From assembly GCF_964204865.1 (NCBI RefSeq), contig NC_135261.1, forward strand, positions 12,276,001 through 12,340,000: a stretch of 64,000 bases of DNA, given 5' to 3'. A program made the position numbers and the translations under genes. The notes under the pieces were generated by a model, which was not told where the DNA came from, ran no database searches, and saw nothing but the letters and a program-made list of their open reading frames with translations. This document shows, piece by piece, positions 60,167 through 64,000 of this stretch (position 1 is its first letter; every line of letters begins with the position of its first letter). Source of the DNA: Styela clava. Its lineage: Eukaryota.

Positions 60167-60630
60167 TAGGGATGTTTCAAAATTTCAAATCGAAGCGATA
60201 CAACTCAACATCGATTCGATTCAAAGCAATTTCAGAAGAAAACGGCTTGATTTCCGCGCAATCATTGCTTGTAATTCCATGCATTTATTATTTGGATTAT
60301 TTTGAAGGTTCATTTTAGAAGCAAACAATAACTGTACGTTTGGTATTGTTTTCCAACAAAAATTATATGTAATGAGTGTAGGTTTTTGTAACGAAAAACA
60401 AATTTTCTGATCTCATATATATTGGGTATTTCCTTTTTTCTATACTAACTTTAATCATTCTTCAGTTCATAAAACTATTTAATCACAATTTATTCTGTAG
60501 CTGTTCCAAATTCAAAGAAAGTTAACGATGATATGATGCTATACTAAATAGAATCAAATTCAGAAATATTCAAATCGAAACATTCCGATTCGAAATTCCA
60601 TTAGAAAATGAAATATTCGAAACATCCATA
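60167..60630. mobile_element. hAT MITE
   Basis: TIRs tagggatgtttcaaa / ttcgaaacatccata, perfect 8-bp TSD atttgaaa on both sides, and ttcga(a/t) subterminal repeats. Confidence 0.85.
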
Positions 60631-61887
60631 ATTTGAAAAGAGTACTAAACCAATTTTATTTTAGTGCTGCTAGACAATGCCAACAGTCTGTATGATTAAA
60701 AAAAAGTAATGAAAGATTTTTTTTTACTTGAGAATGTTTTAATATAACGATTTTGTAATTATTGTATATTAAATAAAATAGGCAAAAAGATTATTCGAAT
60801 GTTTAGAGAGTGATTATATGTTCCAATATTTCAGACTTTATTTACAGCCTATACAGCTTACATTATCACAGGCGCTGAGCATTTTGAGCTGTTGATTCGA
60901 ATCGAATAGTAAATTAGTCGAATCGGTTAAAACGGTAGAGGACGAATTACAATAAAATCACCACACACAATTGAATATCTTCCAAGTGTTCGGGATTTGA
61001 TTAGATTTAAACAAAATATTCGATTAGATCTAAAAATCAATAGTTATTAGAAAATACCCATTACTAATAATAACCAGGGGTATAACTAGTATATAATTCG
61101 TTTTTCTTGTATATTTGTTCTGGGAAACATAATATTCTACACATATTTATATGTGTTCACATATGTTATCATGGGTAGTTATAAAAGATTACAGTTTACG
61201 ATTTTGTTTCATCCAATTTTCTAATTTGTTTAGTGCAATAAAATTTATTCATGACATTGTTATAAAACCTAATATATAGTGTAAATAAATATTTGCATTC
61301 TTGCTCTCAAACGTTTTAAAATATTCAAAGGCAAATACTGACAAAATATTTTGTCGGATACTACTAATAAAAACTACATAAAATCTTTATTGAGATGTTT
61401 AAATCTTTGATCTAGTTCGCCAGGGTGCTTTTAACTCTATAGTTTCAAATGAAAAGATTAATTTAGTATTGTGAGTACTTTAGGACTAGGTTATATTCAA
61501 ATCTTCAAATTATAATCTATGAGCCAGAATTGTGTTTGAGGTAACAGTTTTGCACAATTTTCAAATTGAACTATTTTCTGGTCAATTTCAACGAGCAATT
61601 TAACCTGTTTGGAACTATCCGCAATACCTCTTCCACTTCAGAACAAAAATTGAAAAATCAACAATTTATACAAAACATGAAACAGGACCTATCTGCAGCA
61701 TTATTATTTACTGTTGTATTTGGCGAAAATATCAAGAGCTAGCACAAACAAAAGAAAGAAGTCAATTACCAATAAAAATATTTAAATCAATTATAAACAC
61801 CATTCAAAAAGCAAGCAATTGAAATACTAGAATACAGTTTGAAGTTTTCTTCCTAATATTTTAGAATATATATATCTATAACATACG

Positions 61888-62062
61888 ATGGATTTCAGAG
61901 TATTTGTAGGAAGTATATTATTAGGAATTATAATCACTGGTGGTAAAGCAAACAAGGTCACGGAAGGTTTGCGACTGTTTCTTCCCGATATACTTCGCTT
62001 CGCAAAAGTGGAAAGAGGAAAGTTTACATCGGCCGAAGCTTCTGATTTAGAAAGGATGAATG
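61888..62062 (+). CDS. Exon 1 of a fifth carboxylesterase paralog (copy E); remainder outside the window or lost
   Basis: MDFRVFVGSILLGIIITGGKANKVTEGLRLFLPDILRFAKVERGKFTSAEASDLERMN followed by G|gtttgt. The exon is 175 nt, as in D. Upstream 61175-61887 and intron to ~62442 align with D. Confidence 0.8.
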
Positions 62063-63056
62063 GTTTGTTATATCAATAATATATATTTATTCGCCAATAA
62101 GAAATATGTGGAGACTGATACTAGATCACAGACTTATGACAAAATTATTGTCATCTGTGGCATTTTTTAAGTATATTTTTCGAGTATATGATCTCGGCTG
62201 AGAAACATAAATTAAAATATAAGTGGCTGTTTAGTAAGATAGCAAATCATTAACGAATGTTTTTAAATTTTCGTCTATAGCTATCAATATATATTAGTTA
62301 GAGGATACTATCTCTAAGGATAATGGACTCAGTTGACAGATATGTAGCGTAATAAAGAGCTAAAAAGTTTGGTAATTTAATTGCCGGTCATTGTGTTCCA
62401 AATGTTACTTCAAAAATACTTTCAAACGACGTGAACGTTCAGTTGTATTAGGCCACGAGCCGAGGCCCTGAAAAACGCCTAGAAAGTGAGTTTCGTAGCG
62501 CACATCAGGTAACTACCTGAAAATGATTTTAAAATGTTCCCTAAAAATTTAGTAACAAATATTGCCTCGTTCCCCCTTCCAAAAGTTGCACGTTTTACGG
62601 AAAAGACGCTTTTACTACAAGAAATATGTGCTGCGATCTGTCTTATATTCTCTACATTTTCGGCAATGAACAATGACTTCTGCACGACGTAACAATTGAA
62701 TCGAATCAGCTGTTAGCGAGCGGATGAATATTAGTTATTATTGCTCGACCTTGCGTTGAGTTGGGCAGCCTTTCCACAGCCCTGTTTAGTTATTATTATT
62801 AATTAAGTTATGCTAAGACGTTGTTGAAAAATGTATAAGTAAGTTATTAAACACTTGTAGATCCTTACCACGGATATGGGCCGTGAGACGAAGCCTTGAA
62901 AACGCCCAGAAAATGAGTTTCGTAAAATTCTTCAGTTTCGTGTGAAAATGAACATACTGAACGCATCACAGCTTGTTCCACAATCCTGATGCGAAATTGA
63001 ATATAAGAGGTTCCCGGAAATTCAATAACCATAAGTTTACAACACATACATAAGAA

Positions 63057-63140
63057 CTATGCAATTCGAGAGCCCTACAGCACACTAACACAAATGTATT
63101 CCTGTAATGTTTTGCCTGACCAAAATCGGACTTCCTCAGT
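63057..63140 (-). repeat. Hammerhead-like repeat copy (intron 1 of E)
   Basis: Minus strand CTGAGGA-A-GTCCGATT-TT-GGTCAGGC-AAAA-CATTA-CAGGAATACATTTGTGTTAGTGTG. Confidence 0.55.
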
Positions 63141-63370
63141 CAATCATAATTTATTAGGTATATTACGAAAAAAATGGCATACATGTAACCAACAACAAAA
63201 AAATACTTTAATTGTGTGACAGGAGTCGCGAGTGACCTCGAAAGCAGCGACACCAACAACGCTGATTCACATTAGCGAATAAATTTTATGTAATAACCAC
63301 AAGCAGTTTATAACAAGAACAGCATAAAAAGCTACATCCGTTTTATAGAAGCTATCAAACGTATTTATTT

Positions 63371-64000
63371 TTAACCGCTTGAACCCGGCAAGCCGGTTTA
63401 CCGGCTTGTTTGAGTACGCTCTGTGCCCCGGCAAGCCGGTTTACCGGCTTGTTTTTCGTGTCGGAAGGAATCAACTTTATGATCTCGTATCTCAAGAACC
63501 ACAATGAGTATTTAAATAAATTTTAGATTGCATGAAAGCTTGTTATTGGGACTAATTATATTGTAAATATCGGTGCTCTAATATACGATGTTTCAGTAAA
63601 ATTTGCAATTTGAAAGTGCGTATGAAATTATTGTATGATAACAAATATTTAATATAAAGAATTCAGACTTCTTGCCTAAATAGTCACATATTCAATCGGC
63701 AATATATGCGGAGAATTTGAATAGCTTTTTATATACGTATCCAAAACGATTTTACGATGAGCCATTCAAATTTTATGGCCAAATATATTAGATTATCTGT
63801 GATTTAACAGCGACGCTGCGTCAAAATGATGTTCTCATTGAAGAGAGGCTACGTCTCGTCACGCACAACTTTACGTATATTACGCAAATGCAACTAAACG
63901 TGACGATATCCGCAATGACGTTACGTCGAGATGTTATTATTTAAATGTCCGCAGGAAGTAATTAATTAACCCGATGCTACGCATTCAAAATTCGCACTAC
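63371..64000. mobile_element. Left end of a piggyBac-like non-autonomous element (right end not seen)
   Basis: TTAA followed by CCGCTTGAACCC, then a 28-bp direct repeat (63384-63411, 63427-63454) each containing the palindrome CAAGCCGGT-TT-ACCGGCTTG. Confidence 0.55.

Noticed and set aside
63384-63454. Palindromic direct repeats as a CRISPR array
   Set aside because: Only two units with a 15-bp gap, in a eukaryotic context and next to a TTAA transposon end.

Overview
AT-rich, intron-containing eukaryotic DNA from an invertebrate. The repeat families look tunicate/ascidian-like, but that is recall rather than proof. The ORF track shows only exon fragments; splicing them by hand gives the following. 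(1) A cluster of five paralogous type-B carboxylesterase (cholinesterase-fold) genes. Three intact 11-exon copies lie on the minus strand (A 14551-19718, B 23942-30913, C 36674-43054). One intact 11-exon copy lies on the plus strand (D 48895-55946), and exon 1 of a fifth follows (E, 61888-62062). A-D each have a signal peptide, a Ser-Glu-His triad, an atypical HGGFF oxyanion loop, a GDSAG/GNSAG elbow and a GPI-like tail. The paralogs differ mainly at active-site-lining loops, and the catalytic-Ser exon shows apparent gene conversion between A and D. (2) A 5-exon gene (9359-11359), almost invisible in the ORF track, for a secreted His-rich protein with 13 Cys whose C-terminus matches the Spaetzle/coagulogen/neurotrophin cystine-knot pattern. 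(3) A coiled-coil gene at the left edge. (4) Many non-autonomous DNA transposons (hAT with 8-bp TSDs, foldback MITEs, Helentron-like and piggyBac-like ends), a LINE fragment exactly at the inversion point of the cluster, and a dispersed short repeat with a degenerate hammerhead-ribozyme core. No CRISPR array, rRNA or tRNA was seen. All coordinates and identities are manual counts.
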